This document shows, one piece after another, positions 53,089 to 64,000 of a stretch of 64,000 nucleotides of DNA. This stretch comes from Torpedo marmorata. Taxonomy: Eukaryota. Within the stretch, counting starts at the first letter, position 1. Every line of letters starts with the position of its first letter. Location: positions 95,170,001-95,234,000 of the forward strand of contig OZ360229.1 of assembly GCA_977017645.1 (NCBI GenBank). The letters run 5' to 3'. The position numbers and the translations under genes were made by a program. The notes below the pieces were generated by a model. The model had not been told where the DNA came from and did not search any database. It worked only from the letters and a program-made list of their open reading frames with translations.

Positions 53089-53658
53089 AACTGCATACTT
53101 TCGATAGTGCCTGTACAAGTCAAGACCAAGAAAGGGGATGCAATAGTAAAAACATATGCATTTCTAGACCCAGGCAGCACTGCATCTTTTTGCACGGAAG
53201 GACTAATGAATAAACTTAATATTCAAGGAAGAAGATCAAGAATTATGTTAAAAACCATGGGACAAGAAAAGGTTGTTGAATCTAACATTGTTTCAGGCTT
53301 AGAGGTTGCTGGATTGAAAGACAAAACATTTTGTAATCTTCCAAGTTTATATACTCAGAAGACTATGCCTGTGCATGAAGGAAATATTCCTCATCAAAAG
53401 GATATCCATAATTTAGCTTATCTGTGGAAGGTTTATTTACCTGAAATTAATTCTGAGATAGAAATGCTGATTGGTTCAGATGTGCCAAAGGTTTTGGAAC
53501 CACAAGAAGTAATACAAAGTAAAAGGACTGGACCGTACGCTATTAGAACCAAGTTTGGTTGGACAATCAATGGACCACTGGAAAGAAATAATGATATTGC
53601 TCAGGAACAGTTAGCAATAAATATTAATAGAATTTCGGTTGTGAAAGTTGAAGAGTTA
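53089..53658 (+). pseudogene. BEL/Pao aspartic protease region
   Basis: ILSIVPVQVK...TYAFLDPGSTASFCTE...IEMLIGSDVPKVLEP...GPYAIRTKFGWTINGP...NRISV. Confidence 0.9.
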
Positions 53659-54085
53659 AGCGAAGTGCAAAAAACTGTGAATAAGAACATCACTTTTGAA
53701 GAAAAGAAAACAGATCAATGTGAAAATAAATCAAGGATATTTAAAACAACATTGAAGGAATTAATTTCGTCAGAAATGGATGAAAGTGAAGTATTAGAAG
53801 ATATTGCAAATAATACTATTGATTATTCATGTGTAATTGAATCAGATACAGGAATAGAACAAGTGACTGAAAACAAATCTGAATGTAGATTTTGTAGTTC
53901 AGAGATTACAACAGACAAAGCTAATGAAGAAATATTGCAATGTGATGTAAAACTGGAGAACAGAAAATTGTGCTGATGGAATAAAGAATAATGTGAATGA
54001 TAATTTAATGCAATTGAATTCGGAGAACAAAATGTTGAAAGGGGAATTGGAAATATTAGATAATCATGAAAACAGTAAACAGAAA

Positions 54086-54387
54086 GATTTAATTGTAAGT
54101 AAAACTCGCAAAGTCAGAAAGCGGAAGAAAAGAATAACTGCTGAAGAAATGAATACAGTTATTGAGGAAAGAGATACAGCATTATCAAAATGTAAAAGGT
54201 TGGAGGAAGAGATTAATGTTTTGAAAGAGAACAAGTTATTGGTTAATAACACAAAACAGTTGACTTTAAAACCCAATCAAGAATGTAAATTGAATGTTCA
54301 GCTATTAACAATGCAGAAAAATGTGATATTGCATTGCAGAAATGTAACAAGCAAGTTGAAGAAATTAAAAAATTTCAAGTTTGCCGC
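54086..54387 (+). pseudogene. MIPOL1-like coiled-coil fragment inside the BEL element
   Basis: KRITAEEMNTVIEERDTALSKCKRLEEE...NNTKQLT...NQECKLNVQLLTMQ / ALQKCNKQVEEIKKFQV is collinear with vertebrate MIPOL1 as recalled (RITAEEMSALIEERDAALSKCKRLEQE...NNMRHLT...NQERALKAKLLSMQ...AVQQYKKLEEEIQTLRV). Confidence 0.75.
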
Positions 54388-54777
54388 AATAGGATTGACA
54401 ATGGAAATATCAATGTATCACATGATATTTTGACTTCAGATCAAATTATTAATTTCTCAGAAAGAACTGAGACTGAATTGAAAGTTGCAAAATTGGATTT
54501 GGAATTGCAGGAAAGAGCCATAGAAACCAGAGTGGTTATCAGACCTGTTTAAAATTGAAAGGATCAAATAAATATTCAAATTCTAGTTCTAAGAGTTTAA
54601 ATTCTTCACATGAGAAGTGGAATAATGAAAAAAGGAATAAAGTGAAACGACATGCTGAAGAAGTGCCTTGTGTTAAATTCAAAAGAAAAACTGTATCTAT
54701 TTTGTCTGAGGAAGATTTGAGGTTTACTGGTCGATGTTTTTCACTCAAAGATTATGGAGATAAAAGAACTTTAAAGA

Positions 54778-54957
54778 GACATTGTGATTATTATGGATAA
54801 TTCAACTTCAAGAAACTCCTGATTACTTGGAAAAATTATTGAGACTTTTCAAGACAAAAGGGGAATTGTGCGTCAAGTGTGAATTAAAACTAAGACTGGT
54901 TTTCTAAATAGACCTATTAACAAGGTCTGTCTTTTGTTGGAGACAAAGGAACTTTGA
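54778..54957 (+). pseudogene. BEL integrase extreme C-terminus (DUF5641-like)
   Basis: Manual translation DIVIIMDNSTSRNS*LLGKIIETFQDKRGIVRQV*IKTKTGFLNRPINKVCLLLETKEL*; absent from the ORF track because of stops. Confidence 0.88.
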
Positions 54958-55156
54958 TAAATACAAAACTGACTTTATTTGTTGTTGTATACTTCACAGG
55001 TTACAGACTTTTGTTGATTCAGAGTTATGGTAAACTCTGGTTTCATGAAGAAAGAAGATTTGTATATTGTTTGAATGTTATGGTTATTGTTATTTATAAT
55101 TTATTGTGTAATTATTATTTAAGACATTGTGTCTAATTATAATAATTAGGGGCCGG

Positions 55157-55762
55157 TGTAAGAGCCGTAGGCTCAATAACTTACCTTTGCCGCGGCGCTC
55201 CGATGCCTCGTCGGGTTGTGGAGAGCTCGCGACGTTCGTAGGCCGTCCTCGGCCTGTTTGTGCTCTGTGCATGCGCTGGAGTGCCGACGGGCGCATGTGC
55301 AGTCTGAAATTGACATCATTGTGCGCGGTGTATTGTGGGAGATGTAGTGTGCGCGGTGGAGCGTGCGCAGTGGAATGGGAGCGATGGAGCATGCGCGAAT
55401 CGGAAAGAGAATAGGAGAAAGATGGCGACGTAGGAGGGTGAGTGAGATCGCCATATCTTTATTGACCATTTCATACAACGTCTTATACATCATTTCATAG
55501 CGTTTCATAGATAGTTTCATTGAACTTTTAAACTAGTTATTTCGTGGTTTAAAATCGTTTATTTGAACATATGAAGACAGTCAAAAAAGGAATCATTTAA
55601 AGGAACTGTTTATATTAAAATCATTGAAGATTACTGCAAGTCACGTGTGTAAATAAAGTTTTTGAACATATTGGACTTTGTTGGTAAATTAATTGAAACG
55701 CGTCAAAGACAAGTATCTCACAGCCTCCAGGTGACTAATGTTGGATCGAGGTCACCATAATA
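55157..55762 (+). repeat. 3' LTR of the BEL element
   Basis: Direct repeat of 48993-49621 with scattered substitutions and a ~21-bp deletion near 55605. Confidence 0.93.
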
Positions 55763-55894
55763 GTCTGATTTGATACTTTGACTGCCCAGGAATGCAGAAG
55801 GCTGCAGAAAGTGGCAAACCCTGCCAAATACATCACGGGCACCGATCTCCCATCCATTGAAGATATCGATGTGAGATGTGGCCTAAAGAAGGCA

Positions 55895-56188
55895 GGGTGG
55901 CACGGTTAGCATAGCGGTTAGCACAACGCTGTTACAGCGCCAGCGATCGGGACCGGGGTTCGAATCCCGCGTGGTCTGTAAGAGTTTGTACGTTCTCCCC
56001 GTGTCTGCGTGGCTTTTCCCCAGAGGTTCCGGTTTCCTCCCACCGTTCAAAACGTACTGGGAATTATAGGTCAATTGGGTTTAATTAGGCAGCACGGGCT
56101 CGTGGGCCGGAAGGGCCCATTACCGTGCTGTATGTTTAAATTCATTCTATTTATTTGTTTGTTTGTTTATTTATTTATTAACTTAAAA
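55895..56188 (+). mobile_element. HE1-like SINE
   Basis: GGTGGCACGGTTAGCATAGCGGTTAGC...GGTTCGAATCCC, V-type core, CR1-like tail plus (TTTA/TTTG)n. Confidence 0.9.
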
Positions 56189-58399
56189 TTACAAAGGACC
56201 CCCACCACCCTGGTGATAGCTCTTCTCACTGCTACTTTCGGGAACAAGGTACCGAAGCCAGGGTTTCTAGGTTCAAGAACAGTTTTTATTCAACAGCTAT
56301 CAGGCTCTTGAACTTTTCCTTACTATCCTAATGAGAAACTACGCCGGGACCACAAAAAGACCTGTCCCCCCCCTATTGAAACTCCACTTTTCTTTCCGTA
56401 CTGTAACTGTGAATATTTTTTCTTCTATCTATCCTTTATATTTATTATCTTTTTCCAGACTGGTTTAATTCAATATATACAATTCAATAGTTGCTGCATC
56501 TTATGTAGCTGTTTGGCTGCAGCAAGTAAGAATTTTTGTTCACATGTGCTTTGTACTTATGTGAATGACAACAAACTTTATCATTATAAAACTTGGACAG
56601 CACAGGACAGTTTGTCTGAAGGACCTGTGTCCGTGACGTGAAAACTCTATGACTATCTTATCGAAGAGATGCTCTCACAGATGTTACTCCTGTGGAATTA
56701 ATTGATTAGAAAGCACCCCGCTGTTAAGTCTGGACAGAGAGCAATTCTGGTGCCACCTGGGGGTGTGGTAAATGGGATGCTTGTTTGCGTCAGTCTACTT
56801 CTGGTTTTGTTTTGATCCTTGCACATCATCTCCGTGGATATATGCTGCATTCAACACTTTGCTGAACACTGCTGCATTACAAAAATCAAAACAAGTCTCT
56901 ACTAGGTAGCCTTCCAGTGCTGATGAATGTGACTTCTGTTTTCACCAATGGAAGGCACATTTGGCTGCATCACAGAACACCAAAAACTTTAGGAATTCAT
57001 TGAGGACACTCATGACCTTATAGACATCTCCCTTGCAATTTCATGTTTCACTGCCCTTGGCACAAGGAAGCTATCTCATGCACACACTGTTCTGCAGAAG
57101 CCTTGCACGTCCTCCCACATCCCAGCACAACCCCCACTACCCATCTCATTAAATGATTATGTACCTTGTTAACACTCGCTAGAAGCTGAAAGAATGCTGC
57201 ATAATGGCTTGACTCGTTAAGGGCTTCTTACCAAGGTCAGAGCTATGAGGAAAGGTACAAGTTATGCAAGAAATTTAAGTTCTCTTGCCCGCTGTTCGTG
57301 AAATTAAGTGCCGATACTTGAGAGAACAGCTATGGCTACTTTGGAACTAGTGGTAATGATTTTTTACATTTTCTTGTAAAAAAAGTTGTTCAAAACTGTC
57401 GATTGGGATCGGTGACACTGTTATAATGCTAAAAAATGACACAAATGAATTTCTAGGCTATCATTTTCATTTCTTCACTCACTGTCTGAGGGAGTGAGGT
57501 TAACTGGCAATCAATTACAATTAACATGCCGTTAAACAGGTGATTGCAACTGTTAATTACAAGGTGCAATTTCCTGTGATGAGTTTAATGGGCAATAAAT
57601 GTGCAAATGCAGCGATTTCATGAAACTCACTGGGAGGTTTAGGGCAAAATGCTGTTGGCAGAAAGGTAACAGAGGAGTAGCAATAATCTGTACTATTCAA
57701 AATGGAGGGCAATTTTTCTCATCACTGGCTTTTCATTAATAATAGTCAGCTATGGTTGGAAGTTGGATTTTTCTTTCAGTAGGATATTATTTTTAGAGCG
57801 GAAAGCAAGGACAAATTTTGAAAAGATCAGACTGAGGTCTGGCTCCTGATTGAAAAAGAGTGCATCTTACTTTAGAATGTGTGGGGGAAGATTAGTTGGG
57901 GAAAGGATCAAGGTCAAGCTCGAGTATGAACCCACCCAAGGTGGCCACCCATTTGTTGCACCTGAAGGATTAGGTTCAGATCAACTACACATGACTGATC
58001 TGCTGCAAACTGTGACAAGGAAACTGAACATCCCACACAAAACATTCTTCAAGAGTCAAAGGGGAAAAGAACAAGGAGAAATCTTTGTGAGATTGCAGTC
58101 TGGCCTTTAGCTAATTGCCCAAAAGCAATCAATACTCCTCTAAATAAATGATGACCTCATACCTATACCATCAAAACCAAATACATCTAGTTAAGAGCCA
58201 ATCAATTGCAGTTGAATATATTGATTGCTCTCCTCATTAGAAATACAATGAGCAACAAACCTACTGTGCATTTTAAATAGAGATACAAAACTGCAGGTTT
58301 CACTCTGAGACTCACAGCAAACCCTCGTTATGCCAGTGGTTCCACATCACTCTGTTGCAAAATCCTGTCCCTGAAGGTCAATTACATTTGGTATGTTAA

Positions 58400-58798
58400 T
58401 AAGGAGCCTTGTGTCACTGGGTCACTCTTGCTTCGGAGGCTGAAGGTTGTGGATTCAAGTCCAATTCCAGGGAGTGGAGGACAAAATCTAAATTGGTGCA
58501 CTTGTATGTCAGAGATGCTGATTTTCTGCTGAGACATAGCACAAAAGCCCCATGTACTCTAAGGTGCTTTTAAAGGATCCCATGGTGATATTTTGAAAAA
58601 CAGGTGAACAAGCAGGGAGGGTTTCTTATCCAACATGACCCAGTCAAATCATCTGGTCTTCATCTGGCTACTGTTTGTGACATGTGTTTCTTTGTTACAA
58701 CAGTGACTGCACATTAAATCTTCTTCAATCGGAATAAAGCACTTTGAGTTGTCTCGAGATAGTGAAAGGTACTATTGAAGTGCAAGTCTTTTTTTTTT
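58400..58798 (+). mobile_element. Deu-domain (SacSINE1/AmnSINE1-related) SINE
   Basis: Head CACTCTTGC...GAAGGTTGTGGATTCAAGTCC, core TAAAGGATCCCATGG, 3' TTACAACAGTGACTGCAC...TAAAGCACTTTG...GTGAAAGG...TGCAAGTCTTT. Confidence 0.65.
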
Positions 58799-59519
58799 GT
58801 TAATGTTCACCATATCCCTTCTCTAGATGGGACAGAAATTTGATAAAAACACAGATAGCAAGCTTCGTGTGAAAGAATGGACTGGAGAGGATAAGAACAT
58901 AAGCATATTACAGCAGTAAATTTAATAAATGAGACCATTTTGCTGAAATATTCAGTCTGAAGTAGGGATGTCATGGTAATGCAATATATTGACAAATAGC
59001 AGGACTGTGGAATGCTTTCTGTAATAAAATCTTGGTTGCCAACTAAATCATTTCCAGTATATGAAGCATTTAGCTAGATCAGGGGTGAGCCCATTGAAGG
59101 AACCTGACTGACAGGTTGATAAAATGGAGAAATTCAAGTTCAGTAACAGCACATAATCAGTCTCAGTGCTCGCAATTTTTGATGAAGTTCGGTCACTTTC
59201 AGGTCAGGAGCTGACTTGAAATTGACCACAAAGGATGCAGTCATGAGTATTTCCTGCAAATGAACTCGAATCAATGGCTTTTTTTCTTGAAAAGTGTAAT
59301 TAAATTAAGGATAACTGTGGTAAATATAGGAACAAATAGACTAATTTTGTTAACAGAACACAAATAACTGTGTTTGGCCTGCTCAGTGAATCTTCCCTTA
59401 AGTTTAGCTTCCAATCTTTATCGTTCTACTGCCGAGACATCTAGCCGTGCTCAGTGGCACTAAACTCTCTACATGACTGTGTAAGCCTTTTCCACTTGGC
59501 CTCTAAATTCATTCCATTC

Positions 59520-60705
59520 AAGTTATAGAGTCACAACAGTTATAGAGTTGTATGGAACAAAGAAGGCCCTCCAGCCCACCATAGTCAGAGCTATACAGCA
59601 TGGAAACAGGCTCTTTGGCCCTACTTTTCCATGCCAGCCAAGTTGTCTACCTCAGCAAGTTCCTTTTGCCTGCATTTAGTCCATATCCCTCTAAACCTTT
59701 CCTATCCATGCCTCTGTCCAAATGGCTTTAAAGTTGTAATTGTATCCACCTTTACCACTTCCTCTGTCAGCGCGTTCCACATACATAACATACTGAGTGG
59801 AAAAAGTTATCCCTTTTAAATCTCTCCCCTCTCACCTTGAAACTATGACCTATAGTTTTAGACTCTCCTCCCCAGGAAAAAAAAGCTGTCTATTTACCTT
59901 ATATAACTCTATAAGATTAGGCTTCTGCCCCCTATGCTCCAGGAAATAAAAGCCCGAACCTATCCAGTGTCTCCTTATAACTCAAGCATTCGAGTCCCTG
60001 TAACATTCTCATGAATCTTTACTGCACCTTTTCCATTACATCTTTCTTATAGCAGGGCAGCCGGAACTGTATACAATACACCAAATATGGTCACACCAAC
60101 CACTTGTACATTTATAACGTGACCTTCCAACTCTTGTGCTCAATGCCCTCACCGATGAAGGCAAGCGTCCTAAATGCCTTGTTTACTACCCTGTCTATCT
60201 ATGGTGTCACTTTTAGGGAATTATGTTCCTGTGTTCCTATGTCTCAGTGTTCTCAAACACTCACCAAAGCCCCGATATTTACTGTGCAATACCTACCTTG
60301 GTTTAACACATCAAAATGGAACACCTCGCACTTGACCAAGTTAAATTCCATCTGCCATTTTTGGCCCACTTCCCCAGCCAATCTAGGTCCTGTGGTAATC
60401 TGAGCTGTCCACTACACCACCAATGTTGGTGTCATCTACAAATTTAATAATAATGAAATTATCTTCCAAATTGTTAATGTAGATGACAAACAACAGTGGA
60501 CCTAGCACCAATCCCTGTGGCACACCACTAATTACAGACCTTCAATCCCCCACTACCACCCTCTGTCTCCTCCCATCAAGCCAATTCTGTATTCAATTGT
60601 TCAGTTCACCATGGATCCCACGTGATCTGACCTTCTAGACCAGCCTACCACACAGGATTTTGTCAACGTCTAGCACCCTGTCCTCATCAATCTTCTTGGT
60701 CTCCA
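59520..60705 (-). mobile_element. CR1-like LINE 3' portion
   Basis: Plus-strand GTGTCATCTACAAA (decayed FADDT), TTAAATTCCATCTGCCA (WQMEFN), CCCCTCTCACCTT, and CR1 tails near 59530-59630. Confidence 0.8.
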
Positions 60706-61516
60706 TTAGAGTGAAGGAGGGATTGAAAAACAAGGCTGACATTTGTGAAATCAGGATGTAATTTAAGTGCAAACCACTGCAGGTCTGTAAGCACAAGGAT
60801 AACACGTGAACAAAATATGGATTAGTGCAATAAAGCTTTGGATAATATCAAGTTTACAGAAGGTAGAATAAGAGGCTGCCCAGGACTGTATTCGATTAAT
60901 CTAGTCAACAGGTAATAAAGGGACAAATATTTAGGGGCAGATAACAGAAGGCAAGGGAACAGTTGGGAGATATCAAGGATGCAGAAGTTGATGGTCTTAG
61001 TGCTGAGACTGGTATGTGACTGAAGGTTCAAGCATGACAATCAGAATGCAAACAGTCTGGCTCAGTTACAGACAGTTGTCAAGGAGAGGAACGGAGTCAG
61101 TCGCTAGGAAACAGTGATTGTGGCAGAACCAAAGACAAAGACTTCAATCTTCCCAATGTTTTCATATCTATTCAACACCATGTCACTAAATACGATTACC
61201 ACTGATGACAAGGAGGGGCTAAGTACAGCTCTAAATTTATGTCATAGCTGGGTGGTTATAGCTATCAGGAAAATCTGAGCAGACTAGGACTAATATCTCC
61301 GGACAAAAGCTGGCCTGATAGAGGTCTTTAAAATTAGGGAACAGTTTGATAGGTTAAACATTGAGCAGATGTTTCCACTCACATAGGAGTACAAAACTAG
61401 CAATTATAAAAAGAAGATAGTCACTAATAAATACAATAAAGAATTCAAGAAAAATCTCTTTGCTCATTGATTGCTGTGAATATCAAATTCTCCAGAATAA
61501 TTAATCACTGTTCATT

Positions 61517-61788
61517 GGCAGCACGGTTGGCGTAACGGTTAGCGCAACGCCTTTTCAGTGCCAGCGATCGGGACCTGACCGGGGTTCAAGTCCCGCGCTG
61601 TTTATAAGGAGTTTGTACGTTCTCCCCGTGTCTGCGTGGGTTTTCTCCAGGGGCTCCGGTTTCCTCCCACCATTCAAAACGTACTGGGGGGTGTAGGTTA
61701 ATGGGGTGAATATTGGGCGGCACAGACTCGTGGGCCGAAATGGCCTGTTACCGTGCTGTATGTCTAAATTTAATTTTTTTTAAAAAAT
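61517..61788 (+). mobile_element. HE1-like SINE
   Basis: Same head, core and tail as the 35375 copy. Confidence 0.9.
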
Positions 61789-62239
61789 TCTCTGTCACTG
61801 GGTCTAAATATTGAAATTCTCTACCTTCATCCACAGGACAGTAGCCAGCTTACTACCAGGGCAATTTGGGATGGGCAAAAAATGCTGGTCTTGGCAGCAA
61901 TGTTCATTCCCCATAATATAAAAAGGAGAAATCAGAACCAATGATACTGATGCACAAAAAAAGGAAATGGGTACTCAAAAGAACAGCATAATGGATGAAA
62001 TAGTAGTGAGGGGAGTGGGGGAGATTCATATGGAAGATAAAATCCAACACATAACATTGTGCCAAATGGCTGTCTTGTGTATGCATGGTAAAGTGAAAAA
62101 CATATAAATATATCATTGGAATTTCAGGCATTTTATATAATTTAAAACTTTCCAAGAGGTACTATTTATGAGGAGAGAACACATAGTATTTTCCAGAAAT
62201 ACTATGACATCCCATGGGCGGTGGGAATGCTGGACGACC

Positions 62240-62463
62240 AAAGGAACTGCTCACACTAACCATCCGAGACTCTCATATTCATGAAACAACATTTATTTAA
62301 TTGTATGGATGAAATACTTGTTCTGTACTGTATATGCATTGCTTGTCTGTATGTGTGCTATGTCTCTTTGAGTGTCTGTGTGTTTTGCACTAAGGACCGG
62401 AGAACACTGTTTCACCGGGTTGTACTTGTACAATCAGATGACAATAAACTTGACTTGACTTGA
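62240..62463 (+). mobile_element. Rex1-like LINE 3' UTR fragment
   Basis: Ends GATGACAATAAA + (CTTGA)n, the same tail architecture as the other Rex-like copies. Confidence 0.65.
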
Positions 62464-63039
62464 AATGTTTTACCCAATTAAAAAGTACATTATATGTTCT
62501 GTATTTTGGAAAAAAAATGATTCCAATTGCTCATGATCCTGGATATTTAAACAGAATCATGTAATTGATAATACTCGTGTGCTCCACTCATGGGCTGTAG
62601 TAAAGGACTTCTGAATGACTGAGTTTGCATGGCAAAAAAACACATTAAAGATCCTTAACACCACTATGGGTTTGGCTCAAATAACCTGTAACACTGGCAG
62701 GGTGATGTAGCATTTGGAATTGGACAAATTTTGCCCTGCTGCAGTATTAGGCATGGTTCTGAAGATGATTGGTCTTCCCTGAAGGGTAGGACATTCAAAC
62801 CAGTCTGAACGAATTGGATGCAAGCTATTCAGAGAGCTTTGTTCAACTGTACTGTTTTAGCAATCACAAGACATTGACCCAACCTTTTGCTTCGGGAAGC
62901 ATCGAGCAATATTTGCATTTGACTTGCATTTGTTTGAGTTTTTAAATCTTTGCATGAGATTGCTGATAGCAAGTGAAAACAGACATCTGGGGAAAACAGG
63001 TCTTCTGTCTACAGCAAAACTCTGTGAAATTTCTTTGAG

Positions 63040-63365
63040 GGATGCCTACCCTGAAGAGGTTCTCCTTTGCTCTCCGAAGGGAGTTCTGTGGGATTCTCTC
63101 TCACTGCTCCCCATCTGTAATCCCTGCCGCTCTCAAGCTACCTCCTGCCTTTGGGACTGTGCTCCTCCCCCTGCCCCTCCCCCCCACCATTTTGTTCGGG
63201 CACCTGCATACATTTTGTCACACCTTGATGAAGGGCTCAAGCCCGAAACGTTGGTTATTTATCTTTATCTTTGCTATATAAAGTACACTGTTTGACCTGC
63301 TGAGTTTCTCCAGCATTGTGTTTTTACTTCAACCATGGCGTCTGCAGACTTTAGTGTTTTACTTC
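63040..63365 (+). mobile_element. Penelope-like pLTR fragment
   Basis: Shares TTTTGTTCGG..CCT.C...TTGATGAAGGGCTCAAGCCCGAAACG...TTTGACCTGCTGAGTTTCTCCAGCATT...TTCAACCATGG with 37450-37624. Confidence 0.8.
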
Positions 63366-63671
63366 AAAACGATACCACTTCAGTTTAAGAAACTACCGTA
63401 AATACCAGCAAAGAAAATTACATTCAAGTGGATTAATTCAATATCAATTGAAGCAAATGCTGCAGGTGCTAGAAATCTGAAACACAAACAGGAAATGCTG
63501 GAAGTCTCAAAGACAATGCTTTGGCTCAAGGACACCTCGTCAGAACTGGGAAAGTGAAGTGACAAGTTTGTTAAATTGCAGGGAGAAGTCAATGAAGAGA
63601 ACAGAGGAAATGTCCATGATAGAGTCCAAACCAAAGTCATCAAGTCAATAATTACTTTCAAAAATGATGAT

Positions 63672-64000
63672 TGGAAAAAAATTACATATAGTCTTAGAAA
63701 TAAGTACGATAACTTTGTTAAAGTGTGGCAACCATACTTTGAGCACATTGGTGCTCAGTTGTAATCAAACCCCTGAGGTATGGTATACTGTAATGTATAA
63801 TTATTTTAAGGGTGTGTCATCCCCAAATACTTGGACAAAAGTTGTAAGCGCTGACGGTACATTTCGTTTTCTTTTCCTTTTCTTTTTCTTCTGTTTTGGT
63901 TTTATTCTTTTTGGGTAGGGGAGGGAGGGTTAAGGGGCGTAATGTATTCTGTACTTGATATGTTTGAAATTTATGTATATTCATGATTGTTTATTAATGT
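63672..64000 (+). mobile_element. 5'-truncated copy of the same L1 family (runs off the window end)
   Basis: Highly similar to 7116-7440 (end of ORF2 KITYSLRNKYDNFVKVWQPY.EHIGAQL* plus 3' UTR). Confidence 0.95.

Larger units (their letters stand above)
48993..55762 (+). mobile_element. BEL/Pao LTR retrotransposon, non-autonomous, with apparent host-derived coding inserts
   Basis: Two similar LTRs; 5-bp flanks GTTTG/GTCTG (4/5 match, probable TSD); PPT-like AATTAGGGGCCGG before the 3' LTR; BEL-type Gag, triple Cys/His motifs, protease and integrase C-terminal tail; no RT, RNase H or integrase core motifs. Confidence 0.93.
47810..56585 (+). mobile_element. Old Rex1-like LINE fragment split by three later insertions
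   Basis: Collinear pieces: 47810-47938 (FLGVHTSEDLSW...FDMSAN), 48938-48992 (TGCIMV), 55763-55894 (AQECRRLQKV...ITGTDLPSIEDI...LKKA), 56190-56585 (KDPHHP..., tail ATGACAACAAAC). Confidence 0.75.

Noticed and set aside
53993-54552. The genuine host MIPOL1 gene
   Set aside because: Partial, frameshifted, without splice structure, and enclosed between the LTRs of a retrotransposon.

Overview
Eukaryotic, repeat-dominated DNA with no confidently identifiable host protein-coding exon. HE1/V-type tRNA SINEs, Deu-domain SINEs, and CR1, Rex1/Babar and Penelope fragments point to a cartilaginous fish, probably a ray; this is inferred. Main features: (1) a full-length but decayed L1-clade LINE at 1910-7482 with a 17-bp TSD; (2) a 5S-rRNA-derived SINE with a Rex1-like tail, in two copies; (3) a Penelope-type fold-back insertion at 37062-37624 carrying minimal hammerhead-like motifs; (4) a solo LTR at 43980-44862; (5) a nested cluster at 47810-56585 centred on a two-LTR BEL/Pao retrotransposon at 48993-55762. 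The BEL element is the most unusual object. It keeps Gag, protease and the extreme C-terminus of integrase but has no RT, RNase H or integrase core. It appears to carry captured host coding sequence: a SAFB/SLTM-like SAP domain at the Gag N-terminus and a MIPOL1-like coiled coil in place of pol. Protein and repeat-family similarities were recognised by eye from remembered sequences and need confirmation by search. Boundaries of old repeats are approximate.
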